The notes: a model not told the origin generated them from the letters alone. A DNA stretch of 64,000 bases from Parasitella parasitica NRRL 2501 (GCA_025201805.1 MU619252.1:124001-188000); one strand, 5' to 3'; numbered from the stretch's first letter, positions 43,354-57,575 are shown. A program made the numbers and translations.

Positions 43354-44234
43354 CCTGCAAAAAGAAATGTGTAGTATATGACCAAAGACAAGGAGTATAG
43401 AAAAAAAGTTGAAAAATGCAAATAACATTGTTCCACGAAAAAAAAAAAAAAAAAAAAATATCACATGAAACTATACATTTTCGAGAATGATGATATCTAG
43501 TGGCACAATTCGGTATGCTCCATCATTAGCAGTTAATCCCGAATGCGATTTTGTGTCTTGAGAGCCATTGTATAGCAACTATCGAAGCATACAAGGAAAA
43601 TGTGACTCAAGCTATCCTCTCCTTAATATTTGCTAGTCAAGAATACCGTATTCAGAAGTTGGGCCTTTACAGTGTTTTGCAATATATTTGTTTATTCAAA
43701 CTTTTCGCTCCTCATTATACGATTCATGACAAATTTGCAGCAGGTTTATCTTTGACATAAGGCAACTACAAATAATTTTTTCCGAATGGTCGCATGCTGT
43801 TGCAATTTAACAAGAGAAGCTTGAACTATGTTCCTACAAATTGAATTTTATACGTAAAACACTGTGCAGATATGTTTATCATTTAAAGGCGCAAAAATAC
43901 TTTACGATTCAAGCGTTGATCTAGTGCTGTTTGTGTATCTTCATTGATCAAAACCTGTTGTTGATTCTAAACAGAAGGAAATTTCCGTCTTCAGGTTGGT
44001 GTCTTTTTGTACCTGGTACGACTCTAATCTTATTGGAAATAAAAAGGTTTTCAAGGTGTATATATAGCTTTGAGTACCAATAAATAGCCTTCTTTTTCTT
44101 TTTTTTTATTATTTCTCTTTTGTTTGATTTCACTATAAGCATTTATCTAAACGAGCACAAAAATCGGCATACATCGTCAAGATTACTGAAAATTTTGGAC
44201 AAACAAACAATAAACAAACATCTTACACTTTAAA

Positions 44235-45413
44235 ATGCAACAACAGCAAAACGACATTTCCGAGAGAATAGCAGCAGCTCGCAGAGATGCAGATCTGTTG
44301 AAAGATAGAATCAAGCAAAGAAAAGAAGCACTAGCTGATACAACCTGTAAGGACCGTCATTCGTTTTAATGTGTCTCGTGAATCTTAACTTTTGTCCTTT
44401 GCGCTCATAGTGAGAAAGATGGCCAAAGATGTGGAACCGTTGCCTCGAATAACCATGAAAGTACGAAGAAACCTAAAGGGCCATTTAGCCAAGGTATATG
44501 CCATGCATTGGGCAAGAGATAGTCAGCACATAGTATCTGCTTCTCAGGACGGTAAGCTAATCGTGTGGAACGCTTACACCACCAACAAATTGCACGCTAT
44601 TCCACTTCGCTCTGCTTGGGTTATGACAGCAGCGTATGCTCCATCTGGTAATTTTGTTGCTTGCGGTGGTCTAGACAACGTGTGTTCCGTTTACAATTTG
44701 ACTAACCGTGATGGCCCTGTTCGACCTGCCCGAGAATTATCAGGTCATGTTGGTTATTTGAGCTGCTGTCGATTTCTAGACGATCGTCGTATTTTGACAA
44801 GCTCTGGTGATATGACTTGTTTCCTTTGGGATATTGATGCGGGCGTCAAGACTCATGAATTTACAGATCATATAGGCGATGTTATGAGCGTATCACTCAG
44901 CCCTAACGACCCAAACATGTTTGTCTCGGGTGCCTGCGATTCAACGGCTAAAATTTGGGATATCAGAACACGGTCGTGCGTGCAAACCTTTGCAGGACAT
45001 GAAAGTGATATTAACTCTGTGCAGTAAGTGTCGATTTTTGATATGGCAGTGCACCTACTAGATACTTATTAATGCCATGTTACATAAGATTCTTCCCAAG
45101 TGGTACAGCTATTGGCACTGGCTCTGATGATGCTAGCTGTCGCTTATTTGACCTTCGTGCTGATCGTGAATTGAACACCTATTCAGATGAAAATGTTCTA
45201 TATGGTATTACATCAGTTGCATTCTCTGCTTCAGGCAGACTATTGTTTGCTGGCTATGATGATTTTAGTAGCCATGTATGGGATGTTCTCAGGGGCGAGC
45301 GTGTAGGTATTTTGACAGGTCATGAAAATAGAGTTTCATGTCTTGGTGTATCAAATGATGGCATGGCTTTATGTACTGGCAGTTGGGACAGTTTCCTCAA
45401 GATTTGGGCATAA
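44235..45413 (+). CDS. gpb1: Heterotrimeric G-protein beta subunit, 3 exons
   Basis: N-terminal coiled coil, [26 protein letters not shown]40 repeats, ends [11 protein letters not shown]. Confidence 0.96.
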
Positions 45414-45801
45414 TTACACATGTGTGCACTGTACAGCCTCGATTATACCTCCCTATTTCTTCCTCTTTGCCTTATATTTGTATGGCCATTATTAGTGATA
45501 ATTGCATTTCCTTGTACCTGGTTGTTACCAATTTTTGAAATAAATTTATGTAATAGATTAAAGAAAAGTGCTTAATTTAGAAAGAACTTTCCTGTGATAC
45601 TCTAGTTCAATAATATATCGCTGCAAAGCTGTGGTAAGCTGCTTGATTTGAAAAGATCACATCACTACGATAGATCCAAGTATTGGCACAGCCAATCACG
45701 TCAAGTCATCTCTATTAGATTCAATCCTGACATCAATATAAATCTGAAGTTTCCGTTTGACTTTCTGTTGTTCATTTCATCACTTCAATTCTCTACAAAA
45801 A

Positions 45802-46425
45802 ATGTCTTTAACTCGTGTTCGTAAGTAAAAGATTTAAATTTGGCATCAATTCTCAATTGCTGAACTTTCAAATCGTGTTAGACACTGCTTCTGCTCCTGC
45901 TGCTGTTGGTCCCTATGGTAAGTTGGCATTGAAAACCGCGTTTTGACCCCACCATTAAAGAGGAAACCCCAAATTCTGTAACATAGCCCAAGCTATCAAA
46001 GCTAACGGCTTTGTCTATACCTCTGGTCAAGTTGCTTTGAACCCTGAAACTGGTAAATTTCGTATATATAGACATACACAATTCATGCTAAAGCCATTTG
46101 TGTGTATGTAGGTAAGGTTGTTGAGGGCGAGGTCAAAGAGCAAACAAAGCAAGTTTTTCAAAACTTGACTGAAGTCCTCAAGGCTGCTGGCTCCAGCCTT
46201 GAAAAGGTTGTCAAGACCACCGTTTTCCTTAGGGATATGAACGATTTCGCTGCCATGAACGAGGTTTATGGATCTGTAAGTCGCTGGATTCCTCATTACA
46301 CCTATTCTTACTAACATTCGGACTAGTTCTTCCCTACCCATCAACCTGCCCGTTCTGCTGTTCAAGTCGCTCGTCTTCCTTTGGACGTCGCTGTCGAAAT
46401 CGAATGTGTCGCATTGACCGATTGA
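45802..46425 (+). CDS. RidA/YjgF/UK114 imine deaminase, 5 exons
   Basis: [50 protein letters not shown]. Confidence 0.93.
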
Positions 46426-46490
46426 GTCGACAATCTCGAGTTGTAATGTAAATAAATAAAACGTTCGTGTAAAAGATCGTGTGCTATTTA

Positions 46491-47960
46491 TTACATAATG
46501 TTACATTTGTCTCGTTTTTTGCCTTGGATTTCATCAAGCTGTTCTATTCTCTTTTGAGCATCTTTGCCAATGGAGCCGCCTTGAGCTACGGCTTTTTCCA
46601 ACCATTTACGAGCTTCGTCTAAATCGCTTTTGACGCCTCTCCCTTCTGAATACATGCCAGCTAGATTAACTTGGGCTAACTGAAACCCTTGCAATGCTGC
46701 CATGCGAAAGAACTCTGCCGCATTAAAACTATTGGCTTCCACACCATGGCCCTTTAGAAATCTCAGACCAACATTGTATTGTGCCTCAGACAAGCCCTTG
46801 ACAGCTGCCTTTTGAAAGTGTTTGAACGCTTTTTTCTGATCTGGCTGTCTTTCGTCGTTACCAAGGCCAGACGAATAATATACACCCAACATAAAGTTGC
46901 ACTGAGGGTTTCCAGACTGTGCGCCTTTGGTAAAGTACTCTATCGCTTTTTTATGATCCTGATGTACGCCATAGCCTAGTCGAAACATACGACCCAATTC
47001 GCTGTATGCGTTGTCGATTCCAGCTTGGCCTGCAAGCTCGTACAGCTTGACAGCTGCTGGCACGCGATCAGGTTGAGTACGCATCAAAATTGCTGCAAGA
47101 TTCATTTGGGCGTAAGGATGTCCTTTCTGTGCTAATTGTGACATGATGCGAATCCCCTCGTCCTCGTTCTTGGGTGTTTCGTTATATCCTCGGTATACCA
47201 TGCTGGCGTAACTGAAAGCACCGCGATCATCTCCCTTTTCCATGGCGTATCTGTATAGTTCTAGGGCTAACGGGGCTCCGTCTGATGACGTTTTGAGAAG
47301 CATTAGTATCTGACATCTGACACGCCCATTAATTCCTTACATTTCGAGCTTCTTATTATGATATTGGCGAATGCTGTAAGTTCTGCGGCTTTGTTATTTG
47401 CCACTTAGAGAGAGAAAGAGCGAGGGAAAATTAGTTGAAAGAATCAAATAAACAGCGAAAACTCACACTTCAATATCTGCTCTGCATCCTGCTTTTCATT
47501 TTTGACTAGATCCAACACTGCAGCGGCTAATTCCTTTTGATTATCAACCGGCAATGTCGTTTGCTTATGCTCCAAAGAAAGCCTCAACACATCATCGTCT
47601 GGTAAAAGGTCTATCACGGACAGAGATAGGTATTATAGCATTCAAAAAAGCACAATTGCTCTGCCTTACCTTTAACCGTTACTTTTCTCAACAGCTCTTG
47701 CGCAGATATAGGTTCGTTTTCTACTTTGCTCAATTTATTGTCTCTATATTTGCATTTATGTTAAATTTGCATATGATTATAGTGCTGGAGTGCAGATATA
47801 CTTGCAGCTTATCAGTAAGAAAAGGTTCGAAAATCCCTCCCATCGACGCCTCGAGCTTTTTGGGGCGACTTGCATAATGCCTTCTGTGCATCAACACCGT
47901 ATATCTTGTTCTGGGAACAATCACTGCCCCGAGATCTAAAAGTGCTCGTTTGTTTGACAT
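46491..47960 (-). CDS. Sel1-repeat protein with C-terminal CaaX (CNIM), 5 exons
   Basis: Repeated AQYNVG..F..G.GV, AQVNLAGMYSEGRGV..D...A..W motifs; ends KKRDKCNIM. Confidence 0.85.
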
Positions 47961-48708
47961 AATTTAACAATAGTAAAAGAAAGCCACACACTCGCTTTTG
48001 GATTAATGGAATTTAAATCACCTTGCTCGGAAATAAATTGGGCATCATTAGCGGTCGAGAGCAATCGTTTGGTGGAATTTGTACTGCTAACAATGCCTTA
48101 ATGGCATGTACAAGAGCTAGCTAAAGTGTCGCTTAATGTTTTTCAGAGGAACAGCGAGCTACTGCTATAGAATTTTCTTGTTTATACATGCGTTTTACCG
48201 AACTTATGATTGTTGGGCAGTATGCAAAGACTCCCAGTATAAATCCAGGTTAGTCCCGGCCCTAACAACAGATGTTTTTGCATTGCCTCAAGCACAGTCG
48301 CGGTCTATTCAACCTAGTTAGTTCTCTTTAACATTGCTTCAAGATGCTCAATACACAGACAAATAAGCATCCATTATATCAACTCCTGTACATGCCAAGG
48401 AGGCCAACAGTTTTCATTCTGAAGTTATCCATCGCTTAGTATTAAAAGTTTTATAGCTTTTATAAATCAATATATAGGTTTAAAGCCGCTATGTTACTTG
48501 ATTCAACTGAGAAAACCTAATTGTTGTATTATTAATCTAAAGTATACCATCATGACATTCGTTGAAGTAGCAAAGCATGCTTACAAACACTAGTGGCTTA
48601 CGGACGGTTTTTACTGTTCGAGAATTGAACACTTCGCTGAAGGCATCCTTAAAATCTTTTTTTTTTTTTCATCTGAACTGCTCCTACTATTTCTCATTAA
48701 AGTAAATC

Positions 48709-50884
48709 ATGCCTCCAGCAAAGAAAAAGCAAACCAGTTCACTAGGTAGAGCTGTTATCAAGTCTCGTTTCCAAGGACAAAAGGCCATTGCTCTCGATGA
48801 AGGCAAACTTGTAAGTTTCTTGATGTACATGTATTTTTTGAATTGGCTTGAATTTGACACTTGGGGTATAGCATACGACAGATGTGAATGAAGGACCCAA
48901 GTGGGTGAAGATGCAGAGTATCACCCAAGAAAATGATTTAGACGCTTTCTTGAGCACTGCAGAACTTGCTGGGACTGATTTCACTGCTGGTAAACTCGAA
49001 AGCGATTAGATCAATGCATGCAACCAGGGAAACCTAACAGCATTTTGTTTTTATATAGAGAGATTGAATATCAAGGTTATTCAAAATGATTACCAGAACC
49101 CCTTTTTAATCTCTGAGCAGGAGGAGATTGCCCGTATCAAGAAACAGGAGGCCAGTGTTGATAAACTTTCAGTACCTCGTAGACCTCATTGGGAGAAATC
49201 CATGACAGCCGAGCAAGTGCAACGTAATGAAAGAGAAAGCTTTTTGAATTGGCGCCGTGATATGGCTACTTTGGAGGATGAAGAGGGATTATTGTTAACG
49301 CCTTTTGAAAAGAATCTCGAGGTCTGGCGGCAGTTGTGGAGAGTTATTGAGAGATCGCAGTTGGTTGTGCAAATTGTAGATGCCCGTAATCCTATGCTGT
49401 TTAGATCTGCTGATTTGGAAAAGTATGTCAAGGAAGTGGATGAGAACAAGGCAAATTTGTTGTTGATCAATAAGGCCGATTTTTTGACTCCAAAGCAAAG
49501 AAAGGCCTGGGCAGATTATTTCGATTCTCAAGGCATTCAATATACTTTTTTCTCAGCTGCTATCGCTGCAAAGACATTGCAAGAAGAACAAGAGGAACAA
49601 CAACGTCAAGAACTGGAAGCCTCTTTAAATGCACAGCAAGCAAAGAATGATGACGATGAGGACACGGACGAGGATGAGAATGAGGATGATGAGCAAGAAG
49701 CGGATATTGTTGAGGAAGCTGTTGAAACCGAGGAAAAAAAGGAAGAAGTTGAGAATATTACACACTTTTTATCAAAGGCATCACTTGGTGTCGAAAGCAA
49801 TGAAATGGATGATGAACGCACTCGCGTCCGCACAACCAGCGACTTATTAGACCTATTAATTGAGCAGACTCCTGTTGTTAAGAATGAGAACGGAGAACTC
49901 GAAAAGATGACCATTGGCCTTGTTGGCTATCCTAACGTAGGTAAATCCAGTACAATTAATGCGATTATTGGTGAGAAGCGTGTGTCTGTGTCATCTACAC
50001 CTGGTAAGACCAAGCATTTCCAAACTATCCACTTGAACGATAGTCTTGTTCTCTGCGATTGTCCTGGTTTAGTTTTCCCCACTTTTTCTACTACTAAGGC
50101 AGATCAAGTTTGTAACGGCGTGCTGCCTATTGACCAACTTCGTGAACACACTGGACCTTGTACATTGGTTGCCAAGCGTATTCCCAAAGCCGTTCTTGAG
50201 AGCACATATGGTCTTCGTATCCGCACAGTCCCTATCGAAGACGGCGGCACTGGCATCCCTACCAGCGCAGAATTCTGTTCTACATATGCTATTGCCCGTG
50301 GTTACGTGCGCTCCAGCCAAGGTAATCCCGATGAAGCTCGTGCTGCTAGATATATTTTGAAAGACTACGTTAATGTAAGTGTATATTCGTAGTGAATTAG
50401 TCTAGATTCTGATTCGTTCATGCAGGGTAAACTACTTTTCTGTCACCCTCCTCCAGCCATCGATGCCCAAGAATTCAATAGAGAAACCAATGAAGCAGCT
50501 CTTAAAGTATTCAAAAAGTTAGCGCCTACAACTCGTGTTCCATCGACTGCACTAAATTATGTCGCGCCCTCCGACGGTACAAAAATGCAATCTGGATCAA
50601 AAACTGACCAAGTCGATAAAGCATTTTTCGAAAAGCAAATTTCACAGCCTCGAGTAAGTGGGAAAGCGTCAGCAGCGGAATCAATGACAGGTGGTCGCGT
50701 TACATTATATCCTCACCAAAGAGTCCTTGCAGATGATGGGACGCCTTTGCCCATGAGTCGAAAAGCTCGTGTGGCTATGGTTCAAGCTAATTTGGGAAAT
50801 GCTGGTGATGTACCATCTAAGAAACATAAGAAGGGCAAGAAGCATGTCAAGGTTAGAAGCGGTGCTGGCTATGACTATTTGTAA
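48709..50884 (+). CDS. LSG1: Large ribosomal subunit GTPase 1, 4 exons
   Basis: TPFEKNLEVWRQLWRVIERS, VDARNP, NKAD, GYPNVGKSS, TPGKTKHFQT, CDCPGLVFP (circularly permuted GTPase). Confidence 0.96.
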
Positions 50885-51260
50885 ATAAATAAATAAATAA
50901 AAACATTCTTTTTGGCTTTGTTTTTGCATCTCTATGTGATTGACAGATGTGCAATGGGCCTCTTAAAACCAGCAAATGTAATTGGACCGACTGGAACATT
51001 CAGTTTAAGAGTCTACATGTCTGTATTTGATAGAATAAACTGCTTTTATCTATCAAAGATTTACAAGCAAACTGTCATACGAGAATCAGATTAACTACTA
51101 TTTATTTATCTAAGTTCAGCGATGCTTTCTTTTATAGTATTACAATGTTTAGACAGAAGTTGGGGGGTCTAGTGTAACAGCATGATTATGTAGTAGATTG
51201 AGGAGGGGAATGGGCTTTTTACAAAGAGACAGCATAGTGAATTCAACGCCATTATCACGA

Positions 51261-52779
51261 TTACGCATCAATCTTAACGCCGTTGAGTTCAGCTTCCTTA
51301 TCAATAACAGCTGCTAATCTGCGGAGAGCTTCATCCATGTTCTCTTTCGTAACATTACTATATGAGACGCGGATATACTCATTCTTGTTTTGGCGAGGCA
51401 TGAAAGCCAGGCCAGGGATTGCAAGCACATTCTCTTTTAGAGCCTTGGACATGACCAAATCATAAGAGTCAGTGATGCCGCCCAACAATCGAAGCCAGAC
51501 AAACATGCCAGCATTGGGAACAACCCATTCAGCTCTCCCAGTCATTCTGCGATCTAAGCATTCCAAAAATTCGTCGCGTTTCTCACGGTAAAAGTCTGCA
51601 ACACGGTCAATGTGTTCGAAAAATCCCTTGTGCTTCCACTTGTTCAGCAAACCAAAGGTCATAGCCTGAGGAACGCCTGATGGCTGCAAATTGGTCACCA
51701 TAGTGTGCATATTGATGCGTTCAATCAAAGGCTTAGGGCCAGTGATCCAGCCTAGACGCAGGCCCGAAGACAAGATCTTGCTCATACTGTCACAACGCAA
51801 AACTCGGCCATCCACATCCATGGAAAGATACGAAGGTGTGCGTTTCTCCCCGAATTGTAGATAATAATATGCATCATCTTCAAGAATGACAATATCGTAC
51901 TTGGAACAAATCTTGTATACTTCTTGCTTGCGTTCTAGCGTACTTGAGAGACCTGTAGGATTTCCCCCAGTAGGAATAGTGTACAGACAATGGGGTCTAG
52001 GTTGATCTTTCTTGCCACTGGGGTTGCTTTCGGGCCAATTAGCAAGCATGGCTTCCAATGCTTCAGGAACAAGGCCAAATTCATCAGTAGCCACAGCAGC
52101 AAGATCACAGTTGATGGTCTCCAGGAAAGATAAAGCACCTGTATAGGTAGGATCTTCAACCAAAATGGACTCTCCTTCATTGATCATCATTTCAAGTGCC
52201 TACTCTTACATGTTAGAGCGGCTCCGAAATGTCATTTGTATGGCGGTTACCTTGGTTAAGAGATCTTGCGAGCCTGAACCAATGGAAAGGTCAAAATCTA
52301 CAGGAGGCCTATGTTCCAGTCTTTGAAGTTCACATAACCAATCATTCAAAAGAGGTTGACCAGACTAAGATTAGAAGGCTAAATGCTTAATCTTGTACTC
52401 TCATTGTGGTAAGTGTATAACTTACCGTCAGATCGTAAGATAAAGATCTATTAAATAAACTGTCATCAATTTCAATCTTTTCCCCAGTTTTCAGAGTTAC
52501 AGTCATGCTAGCAAATGGAAATGTAGCAGGATTAGGCTGGCCAGCTCCCAAAGAAATCTAAAAACAGGAGGGCGTTTCAGCATTGATCTACAAAGACGAT
52601 GCCGATTTAAAATTACCATATCCTTGCAATTCAAGTAAGGCATTAAAGCACGGACTGTACGTGGATAGAATTGAAAATATGTCAAACCGACAGCAATAAA
52701 TGGGGCATAACTATAAAAGCTTACTCGCTGAGGGGTTTCTTGCTTTGCTATTTTCGCTGATATGCTTTGAGTAATCCAT
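51261..52779 (-). CDS. PLP-dependent class I aminotransferase, Aro8/AADAT (KAT2)-like, 5 exons
   Basis: ISLGAGQPN..TFPF, YTIPTGGNPTG, ILEDDAYYYL, DSMSKILSSGLRLGW, GMFVW, RVSYS. Confidence 0.92.
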
Positions 52780-53609
52780 GGCTTGTAATTTTTATTAATT
52801 GATAGAAAATTTAGCTGAACAAGAGGGGATAAAGAACTGGAACGATGAGCCCTTTTTATATCTCTATCATCAGCACTGAGAGATTATCAATCTCCCCACA
52901 GCCGTTTCCAACCCTATTGCACAACTTGTTTTTTAGTGCTCAGTTTTAATAGAAAGACCGAGAGATGGGACCAACGTTTTGTTGATGAATGTTTAGTGCA
53001 ACAAATGTTGTACGACTCAAAAAGCAATGGTGTTATATGACGTTTTTTCCCAGGCTCTTCAAGGATTCACCCGATATATACTGAATGGCAGACAACGTCT
53101 AATCCAGGAAAGTGTTATAGCTGTTCGATGGCCAAATGCTTATTCTTCAGTGCCACATAGTCTCATTTCCTTGAGATTCAATATCTGCAAGGCCGTTCCG
53201 TGGCAAGGAAAGTTCAAGTCCCCTGGATCTCTTTATAATTTTAGCAGTTCGGAAGCCAATGGTAGTGTAACAGCATAATGTATCAATGATGATACAGCAT
53301 GAGCATTCTGTCCAATCTGAAATGACTGATCAAACTATTCGTGACTCGAGAATAACTTTGTACTCTAATCACACGCACTACAAGAAGAAAAATGAAATAC
53401 ACTGCATCAACGATGATAAGCAGCAGGATGCTTCGCTTTTCGAAATGTATATCCATTTCATCTTTTTGTTGAAAAGCGTTATTTTCTATTTTTATTACAT
53501 TAAAACGTTCCAGAATTAAGAATTAAGCTGAAGACCTATTCAATCCCTACAATCATAGGAATCGCTGATAAAAAACATTTAGCAGACATATGCAATGTTA
53601 TATAGGTTG

Positions 53610-55240
53610 CAAAGGCAACATATTTCTGAGCTTGAATTTACCAATGCGAGTATAGGACTTTAGCAGTAAAGCACCTATTTCAATTGAGGAGCAAAGAATG
53701 AACTCCATAAACAATCTGGTTATTTCTTGATGTGAATCAATAGCCAAAATCCTGTCAAATATCACTTCAAAAGCTATTTTTATGTAGCTTCATGTTTTGG
53801 TTAAATAAATGCCACTTGATCATAAACATCGCCTTTTTCCCCGCTTAATGGTCTATAATGTAATCTCTGATATCTTTAAAAACTATTAAGCGATAGAGAC
53901 ACAAACTTCAGCCAAAACCTTCTTTTTTTGCACCATTCTACAAAATATTCGAGTTTCATGCATCTCTGGCCATTTTTCAAATTTTGCTATGTTTGGCCCC
54001 AAACCTCATATTCGATTTTCAGTTATCAACTTTGGGTCAAACTTCAGGGTCATTTTTAGATACAAATTTGGGGTCCAAACTAAGAATACAAACTAATACT
54101 AGCATAATGACTATACCTCACTACGTCCTCTGATTCTCGATATCTATCTTTGCTGTCAAGATATTCCCAAAACCAAATTTTTTTGCAGATTTTCCAAATT
54201 TTACAGCAGATGGTCATATAACAAGTACAAAATTTTGCAATTAAATTATGTCTAACTTTCTAAGTAAAGTGATAAAGCATTTTCTGGTACACCTACTCGT
54301 ATTAAAAGCGTTTTGGTAATGCTCGAATTCGACATGCTTGGCCCAATTTGTCTTTTTACGTTAAACTTTGTCCACCTGTTTCTCAACAAACCATCAAGAC
54401 ACTTTGGCTTGAGGTATAATTAAAATCTTTTTGAAACTTGATTCTCTAGTAGATGTATTAGTTTTTAGATGAATATGTAGAAAAAAATATTCTTTCATAT
54501 GTTTTTAGCACAGGCTTGATAACTTTCAAAGCAATAGATAGTATTCTAAGGTTTATACTAAGCTAATACAAGCATGAAGTTACAAAATAGCTACAAAATA
54601 ATTTTTGTTTGGTTTTAAAAGATCAATTTTTGAGCAAAAAACAGAATGGTTTTGTACTCTTTTGAATGGCTCCATTTTGGCCCTATAAGTCTAAGGACGA
54701 AAATTCGTAGTTTCATTTTGGTCGAGACAATATTTCAATTTTTGGCAGAAATAATAAAGCTACAGTTATGAATAAGGTATCGATGTGTGTTTATCAACAT
54801 TCTTATTGTTTTGGTCAAGTTTATAGAGCTAAAAGTGTTCAAAATATGTTCGCTTTTACTCAAAAACTATCAAAAAAGGCGTTTTTTGAATATTTGAAAA
54901 ACAATTTTAAGAAAAAAGTATTTGTATAATCTTGCAATCTATATGGTTAGATGCATAATTCATTATTTGTCATAAAACATTTAGTACGCATATTCCATAT
55001 ACCTATCATGTTCTTGAGGAGTTTAGCATTGAGCTATGCGAAAGAGGTTTAATCTACAGCCTCATTTTTTTGGCTGTAAATGAGTGCAACGCCTATTTTC
55101 AATTGAAGAGAAAAGCATGACTCTAATAGGTAATTTGGGTATGTCTCAATATGAATCGATAGCCGGGATACTGCATAATACGGACTCAAACACCATTTTT
55201 ATACATCTTCATTTTTAGATGAATTATCTACCACCAAATT
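53610..55240 (-). repeat. Non-coding dispersed repeat, copy B (inverted relative to 24075-25620)
   Basis: Reverse complement aligns by eye to 24376-25600 (e.g. gatatctatctttgctgtcaagatattcccaaaaccaaattt) and continues into a more diverged second unit at ~53610-53830. Confidence 0.85.
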
Positions 55241-55261
55241 AAATGGTATTTTATTGTATAG

Positions 55262-55680
55262 ATTTTTTTTTTTGTTTGTAAGCATGAAGATTTATTAAAA
55301 TAAACTCAAAAAAAAATATTTGAAAATATTGAAGAAAAGCAGGTGTAAAGTGGTCTGTCTCAAGAGAGCAAAGAAAACTATTTACAGAGATTTAAGAACG
55401 ATAGATGACGCAAATTGACCATGGCACGGTCCACGATGGATTGGTAGTTAGAATCAAAAGTGTTAAATGTATATATATAAAATGGTGCATCGATTATTAG
55501 CACGCCAGATGGACATCATGATGCAGGTAATGGCTTCAAAAACGGAGACTTTCAATACAGAGTCAAGAAAACGGTAATCATGCAGGTTGAGGGACATGAT
55601 ATCCTGGAACACCCGACTCATGTCAATAGGGCCTGCTGGTACAGTGTTTTTAAAATAGACTACGAGCAAATGCTTGAAGT
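55262..55680 (-). mobile_element. 5'-truncated non-LTR (LINE) retrotransposon 3' end
   Basis: ..FEAITCIMMSIWRA.. resembles a LINE ORF2 C-terminus; on the minus strand it is followed by AATAAA (~55290) and an A-tail (~55263-55273). Confidence 0.6.
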
Positions 55681-56765
55681 TATGAAAATTAAAACTATTT
55701 TTGTATCTATTTAATTTTAGAAAGGCAACAAGCATCAGCAAGAAAAGAAATATAATCCAGTATATATCAAACGTACTATTATATGGTATGACATCTCTGG
55801 TAGCCTTGTAGGATATAGTATTTTTCATTTTTATTTTAGAAATCCAGTATTTGGTAACGTATTTTCGATTAGAACCATCAACAAGTAGGAAAACAACCAA
55901 GTAATTAAAGCCTTGCAAGCTCTTGTCAAGTCTTATGATATTATTACTTAAAAATAAGTTATATTCATAGACTAATAGGTATAGTGCTCGAACGATGTAG
56001 CATATTAGATGTATGCAATGTTTTTCTCTTGCCTCTACACTGCTCAGTATTAAAAAAAAAATAACTGACTGATTTATCAGAATGAGAAATTATTCAAATA
56101 AAGCGGTTGCTAATTAATCAGGTAAAGATCTTGTTTATTACATGGAAAAATGATGAATCTAAATGGACTGATGGGGGAATAAGATACAAGTGTGATACAT
56201 GGTGTGATTTAAAGAATGGAACGATAGATTTTATCTACTGTCCATGAACATGATCCATTGGGATATGTTCCTGAATTGTGTTCAGGATCGAGTTTACTAG
56301 AGTTTGGGAAATTGACACATCACCGACCTTTATAAGCAGTGAAAAAATGGCAAATTTGGGTTACTCAAATTTAGATATATATTTTCGTATGAGTTTGTCA
56401 ATGACAATCAGATTTTGTGCTGCTTCATGTTAGTATCATTACTAAGTATATATCCTCAATACTCTTCAATTTGCCAAGATATAATTTTCAGCAATGGCTT
56501 AAAAAAAAAAAAAAAAAAAAAAACTCCAAACTCTTTCAAAATCATCACAAATCTCAAAAAATACGCAGCACATTGATATTGGTATTGATACTTTATCTAA
56601 TAATACAAAAAATAAAAGGTGTTGGTGTATTGTTTGTTGTGCCCATAAACCTCAACTACTAGATAAATTTGAGGCTAAGATTGGATTAAAAATCAGCCTT
56701 CATAATTTAGTGTAAATTTGACATGTCTGGTTCTCTTTTCTTCTCTATTTTTATTTCTTTAACCC

Positions 56766-57575
56766 ATGTCGAATACGCAAAATAACCGTACCATTTGGTT
56801 ATATGGTATTGCTACCATTGCTTTGGCCCTTGTAGGATCAGGCATGACTTATTACATCCTTGAGGATGATAAACAGGTAAAGCGTAGAAGAGCAGGTCGT
56901 CGTGCAGAGCGTACAACTTTGCGATTACTATCCCAAATCAAAGAAGAACAGCAGGCTGTCGAGGGCAGCATTAAAGAAGTAGAAGAGAACATTGAAGATG
57001 GAGATTGTGATGAGAAGGCTTTTAAGAAGAAGGAATATGTTTTGGCTCATTCAAACGAACTTTTATTGAGGCTTATGGAAAAGTTGGACGCGATCAGACC
57101 TTTGACAATTATTGTGGGAGGTGAAACGGAAGCCGAGCCTAATGAATATGAGCTCAATCTAGTTGCTAATATCAAGACCAAGAAACGTGCTGTTATTGAA
57201 TCTATCGAGGAACTGTTCCGTAGATTGGACAGCTCTAATGGCAAGATGAACAAGGAAAAATCAAGAAGAGAAGAACTCGCCAAAGAAAAAGAGCGACTCG
57301 AAAAGGAAGAAGCCGAACGCCTTGCTAGAGAGGAAAACGAAAGAGAGAAAATCAGAAAGGAAAATGAAAGAATTGCACAAGAGGAGGCTTTGCTAAGACA
57401 AAAAGAAGAAGAAGCCAATTTAGCTCAAGAGCTCTTAATCAAACAGGATGATTACGAGGAATTGGAGATTATTGAGCAAGATGATGCCGATGAGCAAGAA
57501 CAAGCATCTAAGCAGGAAGAAGCCATTTTGGCTGCCATGAAAGAGGTGGAACAGCAAGATGAGCAAAGTAAATAA
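56766..57575 (+). CDS. N-anchored membrane protein with BAG-like domain and acidic coiled coil
   Basis: N-terminal TM segment; ELLLRLMEKLDAI...KTKKRAVIESIEELFRRLD fits the BAG helix 2/3 pattern. Confidence 0.7.
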   Translation: MSNTQNNRTIWLYGIATIALALVGSGMTYYILEDDKQVKRRRAGRRAERTTLRLLSQIKEEQQAVEGSIKEVEENIEDGDCDEKAFKKKEYVLAHSNELLLRLMEKLDAIRPLTIIVGGETEAEPNEYELNLVANIKTKKRAVIESIEELFRRLDSSNGKMNKEKSRREELAKEKERLEKEEAERLAREENEREKIRKENERIAQEEALLRQKEEEANLAQELLIKQDDYEELEIIEQDDADEQEQASKQEEAILAAMKEVEQQDEQSK

